This document shows, piece by piece, positions 28,194 through 38,358 of a DNA stretch of 49,240 nucleotides (positions are counted from its first letter, which is position 1; every line of letters begins with the position of its first letter). A model generated the notes under the pieces. That model was not told where the DNA came from and searched no databases. It worked only from the letters and a program-made list of their open reading frames with translations. Origin of the DNA: an uncultured bacterium (lineage in GTDB: Bacteria; Fidelibacterota; Marinisomatia; Marinisomatales; Marinisomataceae); contig CAZSGU010000002.1 in NCBI GenBank assembly GCA_964606555.1, positions 1-49,240 of the forward strand, written 5' to 3'. The position numbers and the translations under genes are program-made.

Positions 28194-28834
28194 TGGGCCT
28201 TGAACATTATCTAAGCATTTTTACAAAGGCAGTTTTTATTGAAAATATGGTTTTAGCATATTTCTTAGGTCTTTGTTCATTTTTAGCTATCTCAAAAAAG
28301 ATTGACGCTTCTATTGGAATTGGAATGGCGGTAGTTGTTGTTTTGACTATTACAGCTCCAATTAATTGGTTTATTTATGAATATCTTTTAGGTAAAGGTG
28401 CATTATCGTGGATTAATCCTAAAAATCCTGAACTCGCTAATATTATTGCTGATATTGATTTATCATTCTTAAAACTTATTGTATTTATTGCTGTTATTGC
28501 GGCAGCAGTTCAATTAATTGAAATGTTTTTAGAACGATTTTCACAAGCCCTTTATAATAGTTTAGGAATTTTCCTCCCATTAATTGCTGTCAATTGTTCC
28601 ATTTTAGGAGGATCAATGTTTATGGTAGAAAGAGAATATTCATTATCAGAAACACTGGTATATGGTTTTGGTTCTGGTGTTGGTTTTTTATTAGCAATTC
28701 TTGCATTAGCATCAGTTCGATACAGACTTCGTTATTCTAATATTCCACCTAGATTAAGAGGCGTTGGAATGGCAATGATATTAACTGGATTGTTATCTAT
28801 GGCTTTTATGGCTTTTTCTGGAATTGATTTATGA
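28193..28834 (+). CDS. nqrE: Na+-NQR subunit E
   Basis: 213 aa polytopic protein with conserved Cys in LGLCSFLA and IAVNCSILGG. Confidence 0.9.
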   Translation: MGLEHYLSIFTKAVFIENMVLAYFLGLCSFLAISKKIDASIGIGMAVVVVLTITAPINWFIYEYLLGKGALSWINPKNPELANIIADIDLSFLKLIVFIAVIAAAVQLIEMFLERFSQALYNSLGIFLPLIAVNCSILGGSMFMVEREYSLSETLVYGFGSGVGFLLAILALASVRYRLRYSNIPPRLRGVGMAMILTGLLSMAFMAFSGIDL

Positions 28835-30084
28835 GTGAATTTCTTATGAGTGAGTTTGGTCTCACAGTCCTGTTAGGGATTGCAGTTTTTACATCAGTAA
28901 TATTTATATTGGTGATTGTTGTTAATACTCTTTCAGATTTATTACTTCCTCAAGGGGAAGTAAGTATTATAGTAAATAATGATTCAGACAAAGCTCTGAA
29001 AGTTCAAACTGGATCTACTGTATTGTCAGCATTGGCTTCTCAGAATGTTTATCTACCATCTGCATGTGGAGGACAAGGAACTTGTTCTCAATGCAAGTGC
29101 CAAGTTATAGAAGGTGGTGGAGAAATTTTAACTACAGAAAAAACCTATATTAGTAGAAAAGAACAAAAAGATCATTGGCGTTTAGGATGCCAGGTAAAAA
29201 TTAGAAATGATATGAAGATTCAAGTACCTGATGAAATTTTTAGTATTAGAAAATGGGATGTAACTGTTCGTTCAAATGAAAATGTAGCTACTTTTATTAA
29301 AGAGTTAATTTTAGATTTGCCAGAAGGTGATCCTATAAAATTTGAATCGGGTGGTTTTATTCAAATTGATGTTCCAAAATATAAAGATATTGATTATAAA
29401 AATTTTGATATAGAAGATATATATAAAGAAGATTGGGATAAATTTGATGTTTGGCAATATAAAGCAAATAATCCTGAACCAGCATTTCGTGCATATTCTA
29501 TGGCAAATCATCCAGCTGAAGGAAATATGATTATGTTGAATATTCGTATTGCATCTCCACCTCCTGGGCAACCTAATCTTCCACCCGGGATTGCGTCATC
29601 TTATACTTTTAATCTGAAAGCAGGGGATAAAGTTACGGTTTCTGGACCTTATGGTGATTTCTATATTAAAGATACTGATCGAGAGATGGTTTATATTGGA
29701 GGTGGAGCTGGAATGGCACCTCTGAGATCACATATTTTTCATTTGCTAGAGACTGAAAAGACAAAACGAAAGATTTCGTTTTGGTACGGCGCTAGATCTG
29801 CTAAAGAAATGTTCTATGATGATGAATTTAAATTGTTGGCAGAAGAGCACGATAATTTTACCTACCAAGTTGCATTATCGGAGCCACTAGAAGAAGATAA
29901 TTGGGATGGTCCAACAGGGTTTATTCATCAGGTAGCATATGATATGTATCTTAAAAATCATGATGATCCAACAGAATGTGAATACTATTTGTGTGGACCG
30001 CCTATGATGATTGATGCAGTACAGAATATGCTTTCAGATTTAGGGGTTGAGGAAGACATGATCGCTTTTGATGATTTTGGCTAA
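28831..30084 (+). CDS. nqrF: Na+-NQR subunit F
   Basis: 417 aa with a TM anchor. It has the 2Fe-2S motif CGGQGTCSQCKC, FAD motif RAYSMAN and NAD fold MVYIGGGAGMAP. Confidence 0.92.
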   Translation: MSEFLMSEFGLTVLLGIAVFTSVIFILVIVVNTLSDLLLPQGEVSIIVNNDSDKALKVQTGSTVLSALASQNVYLPSACGGQGTCSQCKCQVIEGGGEILTTEKTYISRKEQKDHWRLGCQVKIRNDMKIQVPDEIFSIRKWDVTVRSNENVATFIKELILDLPEGDPIKFESGGFIQIDVPKYKDIDYKNFDIEDIYKEDWDKFDVWQYKANNPEPAFRAYSMANHPAEGNMIMLNIRIASPPPGQPNLPPGIASSYTFNLKAGDKVTVSGPYGDFYIKDTDREMVYIGGGAGMAPLRSHIFHLLETEKTKRKISFWYGARSAKEMFYDDEFKLLAEEHDNFTYQVALSEPLEEDNWDGPTGFIHQVAYDMYLKNHDDPTECEYYLCGPPMMIDAVQNMLSDLGVEEDMIAFDDFG

Positions 30085-31078
30085 AAAATATTCATTACCC
30101 TTATGGCTATTCCTTTTTTGCCTGTTTACTATTCTCTTTATTAGTTGTGGAGAAAAAGAATTTTATGAATTTAGCGGGAAAACAATGGGAACAGATTATT
30201 CCATCAAATATTCTGCTACACTTCCAAATCAATCAAACAATAAAGACAAAGTTGATCAACTTTTAGAAGACATTAATAACCAGATGTCGACCTATATATC
30301 TGATAGTGAAATTTCTCGTTTTAATGCATTTAACGATACTACCTGGTTTGCTATTTCTGATGAATTCTCATATGTGGTAACTTCTTCTTTTAAATATTAT
30401 GAAATTTCGAATGGTTTGTATGATATTACTGTGATGCCGCTAGTAAATTTATGGGGATTTGGTCCAGAAATATTTCTAGATATTCCCAGCAAAACTCAAA
30501 TTGATAGCGTTTTACAATTTGTTAATCAAGATTTAATAGAAATTGATGGTAATAAAATCAGAAAAAAAGATCCGAGAGTACAAATAGACCTTAGTTCTAT
30601 TGCTAAAGGATATGCAGTAGATAAGATTATTGAAATTTTAGACTATAAAAATATTATGGTTGAAATTGGAGGGGAAGTTAGAACTGTATCAGATGGGAAA
30701 CTTTGGAAAATTGGAGTTAGTACTCCATCAATTAGTAATTTTAATAATGATGTTGAATATATTATCCCAATTACAAACCATTCTATCGCAACATCAGGGA
30801 ATTACAGAAATTTCTACATTGATGATGATAAAAATTTCTATCATCATGAGATTAATCCATTATCAGGATATCCAATACAATCTAATTTAGGATCTATTTC
30901 AGTACTAACTAATACATCTTGTATGGAGGCAGATGGATTATCTACTGCGTTATATATGATGGATGCTAAAGAAGTCAAAGATTTTTTAGATAAATCTAAT
31001 TTTGAAGGACTAATGATTGTTCAAAATGAAGATGGTTCTTTTGAGAAAATTTTTTCTAATAATTTTCCAAAAAACTAA
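30068..31078 (+). CDS. apbE: FAD:protein FMN transferase (ApbE), lipoprotein
   Basis: 336 aa with lipobox LFISC. ApbE blocks are MGTDYSIKY, IAKGYAVD and GLSTALYM, and it lies directly downstream of nqrF. Confidence 0.85.
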   Translation: MMILAKKYSLPLWLFLFCLFTILFISCGEKEFYEFSGKTMGTDYSIKYSATLPNQSNNKDKVDQLLEDINNQMSTYISDSEISRFNAFNDTTWFAISDEFSYVVTSSFKYYEISNGLYDITVMPLVNLWGFGPEIFLDIPSKTQIDSVLQFVNQDLIEIDGNKIRKKDPRVQIDLSSIAKGYAVDKIIEILDYKNIMVEIGGEVRTVSDGKLWKIGVSTPSISNFNNDVEYIIPITNHSIATSGNYRNFYIDDDKNFYHHEINPLSGYPIQSNLGSISVLTNTSCMEADGLSTALYMMDAKEVKDFLDKSNFEGLMIVQNEDGSFEKIFSNNFPKN

Positions 31079-31080
31079 GT

Positions 31081-31236
31081 TTAATCTTCACATTTTTCTA
31101 TATCTCCACCGCATATTTCACAGCCATCTGGAGAATTCCCACATCCTTTTTTGAGAGGTCTATTTTTTAAGATTAATCCAAGATTCATCAGTAAAAATGA
31201 GAAAATTAATATTACAATAACCAATAAATATTCCAT
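31081..31236 (-). CDS. 51-aa single-TM, four-Cys micro-protein, NqrM-like candidate
   Basis: Not in the ORF track. The translation is MEYLLVIVILIFSFLLMNLGLILKNRPLKKGCGNSPDGCEICGGDIEKCED. It combines one TM helix, a basic linker and a 4-Cys tail. Its stop lies 2 nt from the apbE stop, tail to tail. Confidence 0.45.
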   Translation of the reverse strand: MEYLLVIVILIFSFLLMNLGLILKNRPLKKGCGNSPDGCEICGGDIEKCED

Positions 31237-31303
31237 TGTTTCAATTTAGAATATTTATTCGATTTTCATAAGTTTTTATATCTCTTTACTTTAAATTACT
31301 CGC

Positions 31304-32644
31304 ATGGAATTATTGAATCATCCAATTAGTATTATAAGCTTGCTTATCTTTGTTATAGCATACGGTTTTGTAGTAACTGAAGAGATTACCCATCTAAGGA
31401 AATCAAAACCAGTTTTATTTGCTGCAGGAATGATATGGGCGATGATAGCATGGATAGGAGCTAAATATGATTTTTCTCACTCTGTTGAAGATGCTATTAT
31501 GCACGCATTTTCTGAATTTTCTCAATTAATGCTTTTTCTACTTGTTGCAATGACTTTTATTAATTCAATGACCGAAAGAAATGTATTTGAAAAACTAAGA
31601 TCTAAATTACTTGCGCAAGATTATTCTTATAAAAAACTATTCTGGATTACTGGATTTATTGCATTTTTTCTTTCTCCAATAGCAGATAACTTGACAACTG
31701 CATTAACAATGTGTGCCGTTGTAATGGCTGTTGGAGTAGGTAATAAAAAATTTGTTAGTATCAGTTGTGTTAATATAGTAGTTGCGGCAAATGCAGGTGG
31801 AGCATTTAGTCCATTTGGAGATATTACAACACTAATGGTTTGGCAGGCAGGTATGGTAGAGTTTACCAAATTTTTCTCGCTCTTTTTGCCCTCCTTAGTG
31901 AATTATATAGTTCCAGCATTCATAATGAGTCTATTTATTGATGGTTCTTCTGAAAATGTTAAAAATACTCCTGTTCAATTAAAACGTGGAGCTAAAACTA
32001 TCATTATTCTTTTTTTAACAACAATATTTCTTGCGGTTTCATTTGAACAATTCCTTCATATACCACCTGTATTTGGAATGATGACAGGTTTAAGCTTATT
32101 ACAGCTGTTTGCATATTATCTTAAGCGAACATACATTAGTGGTCCAAAAGTAATTTCTAGAGAGGGTACTGATCAACCATTTGGTGTATTTAAACAGATT
32201 GCGCAAGCAGAATGGGATACATTATTGTTCTTTTATGGAGTAATTATGTGTGTTTCTGGCTTGTCATATATTGGATATCTAGGATTATTATCTGATTCAT
32301 TGTATTATGGAATAAGTTCCAATCCAGTAATCAGTTTTACTATAGCAAATTCTTTAATGGGTATTCTTTCAGCGCTTATTGATAATATTCCTGTAATGTT
32401 CTCTATATTACAAATGCATACCACAGAAAGTATGGTATTATCACAATGGTTATTGATAACTCTCACAACAGGTGTTGGTGGAAGTTTGCTGTCGATTGGT
32501 TCAGCTCCAGGTGTTGCCTTAATGGGTCAAGCAAGAGGTATGTATACTTTCTATAGTCACCTAAAATGGGCTCCCGCAATCTTTTTAGGATATATATTAA
32601 GTATCATAGTTCACTTGTTAATCTGGGACATTATTAAGATTTAG
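31304..32644 (+). CDS. nhaD: NhaD-type Na+/H+ antiporter (ArsB/NhaD permease superfamily)
   Basis: 446 aa with about 12 predicted TM helices. The family call rests on overall resemblance (for example ADNLTTALTM, DNIPVMF), not on a search. Confidence 0.55.
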   Translation: MELLNHPISIISLLIFVIAYGFVVTEEITHLRKSKPVLFAAGMIWAMIAWIGAKYDFSHSVEDAIMHAFSEFSQLMLFLLVAMTFINSMTERNVFEKLRSKLLAQDYSYKKLFWITGFIAFFLSPIADNLTTALTMCAVVMAVGVGNKKFVSISCVNIVVAANAGGAFSPFGDITTLMVWQAGMVEFTKFFSLFLPSLVNYIVPAFIMSLFIDGSSENVKNTPVQLKRGAKTIIILFLTTIFLAVSFEQFLHIPPVFGMMTGLSLLQLFAYYLKRTYISGPKVISREGTDQPFGVFKQIAQAEWDTLLFFYGVIMCVSGLSYIGYLGLLSDSLYYGISSNPVISFTIANSLMGILSALIDNIPVMFSILQMHTTESMVLSQWLLITLTTGVGGSLLSIGSAPGVALMGQARGMYTFYSHLKWAPAIFLGYILSIIVHLLIWDIIKI

Positions 32645-32646
32645 TA

Positions 32647-33186
32647 ATGCGTGTTACCAAGGTTACAACTCGAAATGGAGATCAAGGAAAGACAAAGCTT
32701 GCACAAGGTGATTCTGTATACAAAAACGAACTTATTATCAATGCCATCGGTGATGTAGATGAACTAAATAGTGTTTTAGGGGTTTGTATTTCTTTTTGTA
32801 ATGATAAAAATATTATCAATGAAATAAAAAATATTCAGAATGATTTATTTAATATCGGAGGACAAATTTCATTAAATGATCCGGATAAAACCATTCTAAA
32901 AAATGATTCTTTATCATTTTTGGATAATAGAATTAAAGAATTAAATGAATTGCTTGAACCATTAGAAGAATTTATCCTTCCGGGAGGAGACTCCTTTTCT
33001 TCAAATTTGCATCTAGCTAGAGCTATTGCTAGAAGATCAGAGCGAAGCATTGTTGATTTATATATCAAAGATTTAAATAATAACAATATCGTTAAATATT
33101 TAAACCGATTATCAGATTATTTATTTGTTTTATCTCGATTTTATAACAAAAACAATCATATTGATGAAAATATGTGGAAAAAATAA
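32647..33186 (+). CDS. PduO-type ATP:cob(I)alamin adenosyltransferase
   Basis: 179 aa with N-terminal TRNGDQGKT, then LPGG and LHLARAIARRSER. Confidence 0.8.
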   Translation: MRVTKVTTRNGDQGKTKLAQGDSVYKNELIINAIGDVDELNSVLGVCISFCNDKNIINEIKNIQNDLFNIGGQISLNDPDKTILKNDSLSFLDNRIKELNELLEPLEEFILPGGDSFSSNLHLARAIARRSERSIVDLYIKDLNNNNIVKYLNRLSDYLFVLSRFYNKNNHIDENMWKK

Positions 33187-34194
33187 ATGGAAATAGATTA
33201 TAAAAAGATAAAACATATCATATCTGAAAAGAAAAAAATCTTCATTTCTACACATATTAATCCTGATGGAGATAGTTTAGGATCTGCTTTTTCTATGTAT
33301 CATTATTTACAACAATTAGGAAAAGATTGTAGAATTATTAATGATTCTGATGTTCCAGAAGTGTATAGTTTTTTGAATAACAATAGTATCTTCGAACAAG
33401 TTAATGATGATAACTCGGCTTTTATTAAGAGTGCTGATTTAGGAATTATATTAGATATTGGTGATTTTTATCGTTTAGGAAAAGTTGCCAATATTGTTGA
33501 AAATACTAAAATTGAAACAATCAGTATTGATCATCATCCAATGACTGAAAATGATTTTTTTACCCATAATTTTATTAACTTGAATGCTTCATCTGTTGGA
33601 GAGATTCTTTATTCATACTTTTCTGACACCGATAAAGCTATTATTAATAAAGAAATTATGTTTGGTATTTATACTGCTGTCTTAACCGACACTGGTTCAT
33701 TTAGGTTTAGCAATACAACTCAGTTAAGTCATGAAATTGCGGTAGATACTATGAAAATGGATATTAATATTTCAGAAATCTATCAGAATATTTATGAAAA
33801 TTCTTCTGTTAGTAGAATTAAGCTTCTTGGTAATGTCATTCAGAAATTAAACTTTGATTGTAATGGCGAATTAGTATGGTTTGCATTGAACAATGATATG
33901 GTTAAAGAAGTAAATGGTACAAACCAAGATTTTGATGGATTCAGTGATTTTTTTAGAGGAATTAAAGGTGTTGAAATCTCTTTAATGCTTTATGACTTAA
34001 AAGGTAAAGTAAGACTAAGTTTCCGATCAAAAGGGAAATATAAAGTCAACGAAGTTGCAAAGAAAATGGGTGGAGGTGGACATCCTTTTGCAGCCGCAGC
34101 ATTGGTAGATGGAAATTTTTCTGATGTGAAATCAAAAGTTTTGGACCTATTAGCACGATATATTAATAATCACAATGAAAATAATATTAGCTAA
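33187..34194 (+). CDS. nrnA: DHH-family oligoribonuclease / pAp phosphatase NrnA
   Basis: 335 aa with HINPDGDSLGS, SIDHHP, DTGSFRF and MGGGGHPFAAA. Confidence 0.8.
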   Translation: MEIDYKKIKHIISEKKKIFISTHINPDGDSLGSAFSMYHYLQQLGKDCRIINDSDVPEVYSFLNNNSIFEQVNDDNSAFIKSADLGIILDIGDFYRLGKVANIVENTKIETISIDHHPMTENDFFTHNFINLNASSVGEILYSYFSDTDKAIINKEIMFGIYTAVLTDTGSFRFSNTTQLSHEIAVDTMKMDINISEIYQNIYENSSVSRIKLLGNVIQKLNFDCNGELVWFALNNDMVKEVNGTNQDFDGFSDFFRGIKGVEISLMLYDLKGKVRLSFRSKGKYKVNEVAKKMGGGGHPFAAAALVDGNFSDVKSKVLDLLARYINNHNENNIS

Positions 34195-35041
34195 AGATGC
34201 AGGATACTGTTTTGGTGTTCGAGATGCTGTAAATAGTGCATACGACATGAGCAAAGAATATGGAGAAGTCTATATGCTCGGAGATATAGTACATAATGAA
34301 AGCGTAGTCGATGATCTAGAAAAAAATGGTGTTAAAGTTGTTTCAAATTTGAATCAAGTTCCAGATGATAAACCTGTACTTTTTAGAGCTCATGGTACTG
34401 CAAAAGAAGTATGGAAAGATGCAGAAAAGAAAAAAATGAATATTATTGATGCAACGTGTCCGCTAGTTCATGAGATACATAAAGAAGTTAAACAACTTGA
34501 TAAAGAAGGTAGAAAAATTATTATAATTGGTGATCACGGACATGATGAAGTAATTGGAATTGCAAGTCAGGTTAAAGATGCAATTATTATATCTACTGTT
34601 GAGGAAGCAGCAAAACTCAAGAAAACAAAAAAAGCTGGAATTGTCAGTCAGTCTACTCAAACAATTGAAAATGTTCAAGATATTATCAGTATTCTCATGA
34701 CTAAAGTATTTGATTTACGCTTTGTTAATACAATTTGTTTTCCTACAAAACGGAATCAAGAACAAATTAAAGAATTATCAAAAATAGTTGATTTGATGAT
34801 TATTATTGGTTCATTTACTAGCGCAAATTCTAAAAGGTTAACACAACTAAGTCTTGAAAGGAACAAAAGTACATATCAAGTAACCAATGCAACAGAAATT
34901 GATGTATCTTGGTTTAAAAAAAATATAAATTCTGTAGGTATTTCTGCTGGTGCTTCGACACCAGATCGGATAATCAACTCGGTTGTAAAAAAAGTGAAAG
35001 ATGTAACTAATACTACTAATAAGGAAACAATCTATGAGTAA
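34175..35041 (+). CDS. ispH: 4-hydroxy-3-methylbut-2-enyl diphosphate reductase
   Basis: 288 aa with [29 protein letters not shown] and the SANSKRL motif. Confidence 0.9.
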   Translation: MKIILAKDAGYCFGVRDAVNSAYDMSKEYGEVYMLGDIVHNESVVDDLEKNGVKVVSNLNQVPDDKPVLFRAHGTAKEVWKDAEKKKMNIIDATCPLVHEIHKEVKQLDKEGRKIIIIGDHGHDEVIGIASQVKDAIIISTVEEAAKLKKTKKAGIVSQSTQTIENVQDIISILMTKVFDLRFVNTICFPTKRNQEQIKELSKIVDLMIIIGSFTSANSKRLTQLSLERNKSTYQVTNATEIDVSWFKKNINSVGISAGASTPDRIINSVVKKVKDVTNTTNKETIYE

Positions 35042-35915
35042 AGATACCTTCAAAGTTAAAGTTGGATTAGCTGAAATGTTGAGAGGTGGAGTTATAATGG
35101 ACGTAACCAACGTTGAACAAGCTAAGATTGCTGAAGAAGCTGGTGCTGTTTCTGTAATGGCTCTAGAAAGGATACCTGCCGATATACGTGCTGATGGTGG
35201 AGTGTCAAGAATGAGTAATCCTCAAATGATTAAAGATATTCAAGCAGCTGTTTCTATTCCGGTTATGGCTAAATGTCGTATAGGACATTTTGCTGAAGCT
35301 CAAGTTCTTGAAGCGCTAGAAATTGATTTTATAGATGAAAGCGAAGTATTAACCCCAGCTGACGAACATGCACATGTTTATAAACATCCTTTTAAAGCAC
35401 CGTTTGTATGTGGTGCTAGAAGTCTTGGTGAAGCTCTACGAAGAATTGATGAAGGAGCTGCTCTAATCAGAACAAAAGGAGAAGCTGGTAGTGGGAATAT
35501 TGTCGAAGCTGTTAGACATATGAAAATGATTGTCTCTGAAATCCAAGAGCTCAGGAATGCTACGAAGAAGAAATTGGAAGATAAATCAAAAACAATGAGA
35601 GTACCACTAGATCTGGTTAAATATGTTTCTAAAAATGGAAAGTTACCAGTTCCAAACTTTGCAGCTGGTGGAATTGCAACTCCTGCTGATGCTTCATTAA
35701 TGATGCAATTAGGTGCTGAGTCAGTTTTTGTCGGTTCAGGAATTTTTAAGAGTAAAGATCCACAAGAAAGAGCATATGCTATTGTTGAAGCAGTTACTCA
35801 TTTTGATAATGCCAAAGAAATTTTAAATGCATCTTATAAATTAAAAGATGCAATGAAGGGTTTAGAAATTTCAGAAATTCCTGAAGACCAATTGTTGCAA
35901 AAAAGAGGAGATTAG
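35034..35915 (+). CDS. pdxS: pyridoxal 5'-phosphate synthase lyase subunit PdxS
   Basis: 293 aa with [35 protein letters not shown] and FVGSGIFKS. Confidence 0.95.
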   Translation: MSKDTFKVKVGLAEMLRGGVIMDVTNVEQAKIAEEAGAVSVMALERIPADIRADGGVSRMSNPQMIKDIQAAVSIPVMAKCRIGHFAEAQVLEALEIDFIDESEVLTPADEHAHVYKHPFKAPFVCGARSLGEALRRIDEGAALIRTKGEAGSGNIVEAVRHMKMIVSEIQELRNATKKKLEDKSKTMRVPLDLVKYVSKNGKLPVPNFAAGGIATPADASLMMQLGAESVFVGSGIFKSKDPQERAYAIVEAVTHFDNAKEILNASYKLKDAMKGLEISEIPEDQLLQKRGD

Positions 35916-35917
35916 AA

Positions 35918-36481
35918 ATGATTGGGGTCCTTGCACTTCAAGGAAATTTTTCTTCTCATATCCAAATTCTAAATAAACTTGGTCATGATTCAAAGTTAGT
36001 TAAGTGTTCTAAAGATTTAGAAGGAATCAATGGTTTAATTATCCCTGGGGGAGAATCAACAACAATAACTAAATTGATTAAAAGAGAAAATAAATTTGTA
36101 AAGTCTATTGAATCATTTTCAAAAAAATATCCTATTCTTGGAACCTGTGCTGGATTGATTTTAATGTCAAAGAATAGTTTTGATGATAAAGTTTTGAATT
36201 TTGGTATCATTAATATTGAATCAAAGAGAAATGCGTACGGAAGACAAGTTTATTCTTTTGATACAGATTTGAATTTAGATTATAATTCAAAAAATACTTC
36301 TTTTATAGCATCCTTTATTAGAGCTCCTAAAATTTCTAAAGTAGGAAAAAATGTCCAAGTGATTTGTAATCATGATGGTATTCCTGTGGCAGTTAAACAG
36401 GGGATGCATTTTGCTACAACATTTCATCCTGAACTACAAAATGAAACACTTATACATCAATTGTGTTTTGGAGATGGATAA
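35918..36481 (+). CDS. pdxT: pyridoxal 5'-phosphate synthase glutaminase subunit PdxT
   Basis: 187 aa with GGESTT, GTCAG (catalytic Cys) and FHPE. Confidence 0.9.
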   Translation: MIGVLALQGNFSSHIQILNKLGHDSKLVKCSKDLEGINGLIIPGGESTTITKLIKRENKFVKSIESFSKKYPILGTCAGLILMSKNSFDDKVLNFGIINIESKRNAYGRQVYSFDTDLNLDYNSKNTSFIASFIRAPKISKVGKNVQVICNHDGIPVAVKQGMHFATTFHPELQNETLIHQLCFGDG

Positions 36482-38356
36482 ATGGATTTAAAATATTTAC
36501 CCTATATTAAATCTCCACAAGATCTGAAGAGTTATTCTAAGAAAGAGTTAGAAGCTATTTCTAGAGAATTAAGAGAATATATTGTTTCAACTGTAAGTGA
36601 GATTGGTGGACATCTAGCATCAACACTAGGGGTTATCGAACTTACTACTGCACTTCATTATATTTATAATGCACCTGATGATAAAATTGTTTGGGATACT
36701 GGACATCAAGCGTATGCTCACAAAGTACTGACAGGAAGATTTGAATCTCTCAACACCATTAGAAAATACAAAGGTTTAAGTGGGTTCTTGAAACAAACTG
36801 AGAGTGAATACGATGTTTTTGGTGCAGGACACGCTTCAACATCAATTTCTGCTGCATTAGGAATCGCATCTGCAAGAGATCTGAATAATCAAAATTTTAA
36901 AGTTATTAGCGTAATTGGCGATGGCGGATTAACAGGAGGTTTATCCTATGAAGCAATTAATAATGCTGGGAGTCTAAAGAAACAATTATTAGTTATTGTA
37001 AATGACAATGAAATGTCAATTAGTCCCAATGTAGGAGCTATCAGAAATTATCTCAGAAAGATTTCTACAAATAAAATTTATAACTATGTTAGAAGACAAA
37101 TTGGGAAAATTTTAAATAATCTTCCAAAACAATTAAATCTTATTGGTGCATTTATCAAGAGAATTGAATCAAGCATTAAAAATTTTGTATTTCCTATTAC
37201 AATTTTTGAAGATTTAGGTTTTAGATATTTTGGTCCTGTTGATGGACATAACATCAATGAGCTTGTCGATACACTGGATAGCATTAAAGATTTATCTGGT
37301 CCTGTTGTCTTACATGTTGTTACAAAGAAAGGCAAAGGATTAGAAATTGCGGAAAATGATCCAGTTAAATATCATGGAGTAAAAGCACAGGATGGAAATA
37401 AGGATCAATCGACAATAAGCCCATCTCCAATCTTTCAGAATGTTTTTGGATCTTTGTGTTGTAATCTTGCAGAAGAGAATAAAGATATAGTTTGTATTAC
37501 TGCTGCTATGAAGGAAGGGACTGGTTTAGTAGGTTTTTCAGAAAAATTCCCAGATAGATTTTTTGATGTGGGTATTGCAGAAGCTCATGCAACTACATTT
37601 GCTGCTGGTCTTTCAACAGCTAAAAAAATTCCTATTGTTGCAATATATTCTACTTTCCTTCAGCGTGCTTATGATCAGGTCATACATGATATAGCAATCC
37701 AAAAATTACCAGTAATCTTTTGTTTGGATCGATCTGGTTTAGCGGGAGAAGATGGTGCTACTCATCATGGAGCATTGGATATATCATATATGCGCTGTAT
37801 CCAGGGAATGACAGTTACTGCTCCTAAAGATGGAAATGAATTAAGGGATTTATTATATACTGCTATTGATAATAAAACTGGTCCATTTAGTATAAGATAC
37901 CCAAAAGAGTCCTCTATTGCATTTGATGAAGAAATTTCTGGGGAAGTTCTTAAAATTGGTAGCTGGGAAGTATTAAATCGCGGAAATAATGTAGTAATCC
38001 TAGCTGTTGGATCTATGGTGAATAAAGCCATGGATATTGCAAAAAAACTAGAAAATAATAATATGAGTTGCGAAGTTGTAAATTGTAGATTTATAAAACC
38101 TATGGATACACATTATTTGAATGATTCTCTTAGAAATTTTTCTAAAATTATTACGCTTGAAGAAGGAGTAATAAATGGCGGTTTTGGAGAAGGGATTGCT
38201 GCGTGGTTATCTGATAATAAAGCTAAAAATGATTTATTAAATATTGGTTTACCAAATAATTTTGTTGATCATGGTCCAAGAAAAGTATTACTTGAAGAAG
38301 TTGGTTTAGATTCTGAATCTTTAACTGAAAAAGTTTTAAGTTTTATCAATAGTTAG
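36482..38356 (+). CDS. dxs: 1-deoxy-D-xylulose-5-phosphate synthase
   Basis: 624 aa with GGHLASTLG, WDTGHQAY.HK, GHASTSISAALG, GDGGLTGG and EAHA. Confidence 0.95.
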   Translation: MDLKYLPYIKSPQDLKSYSKKELEAISRELREYIVSTVSEIGGHLASTLGVIELTTALHYIYNAPDDKIVWDTGHQAYAHKVLTGRFESLNTIRKYKGLSGFLKQTESEYDVFGAGHASTSISAALGIASARDLNNQNFKVISVIGDGGLTGGLSYEAINNAGSLKKQLLVIVNDNEMSISPNVGAIRNYLRKISTNKIYNYVRRQIGKILNNLPKQLNLIGAFIKRIESSIKNFVFPITIFEDLGFRYFGPVDGHNINELVDTLDSIKDLSGPVVLHVVTKKGKGLEIAENDPVKYHGVKAQDGNKDQSTISPSPIFQNVFGSLCCNLAEENKDIVCITAAMKEGTGLVGFSEKFPDRFFDVGIAEAHATTFAAGLSTAKKIPIVAIYSTFLQRAYDQVIHDIAIQKLPVIFCLDRSGLAGEDGATHHGALDISYMRCIQGMTVTAPKDGNELRDLLYTAIDNKTGPFSIRYPKESSIAFDEEISGEVLKIGSWEVLNRGNNVVILAVGSMVNKAMDIAKKLENNNMSCEVVNCRFIKPMDTHYLNDSLRNFSKIITLEEGVINGGFGEGIAAWLSDNKAKNDLLNIGLPNNFVDHGPRKVLLEEVGLDSESLTEKVLSFINS

Positions 38357-38358
38357 TT

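Noticed and set aside
28831-28860. Near-perfect direct repeat ATGAGTGAATTT-CTT-ATGAGTGAGTTT at the nqrF start (MSEFLMSEF)
   Set aside because: This is just two candidate in-frame start codons from a tiny duplication. It does not change the gene call, and nothing suggests a regulatory role.
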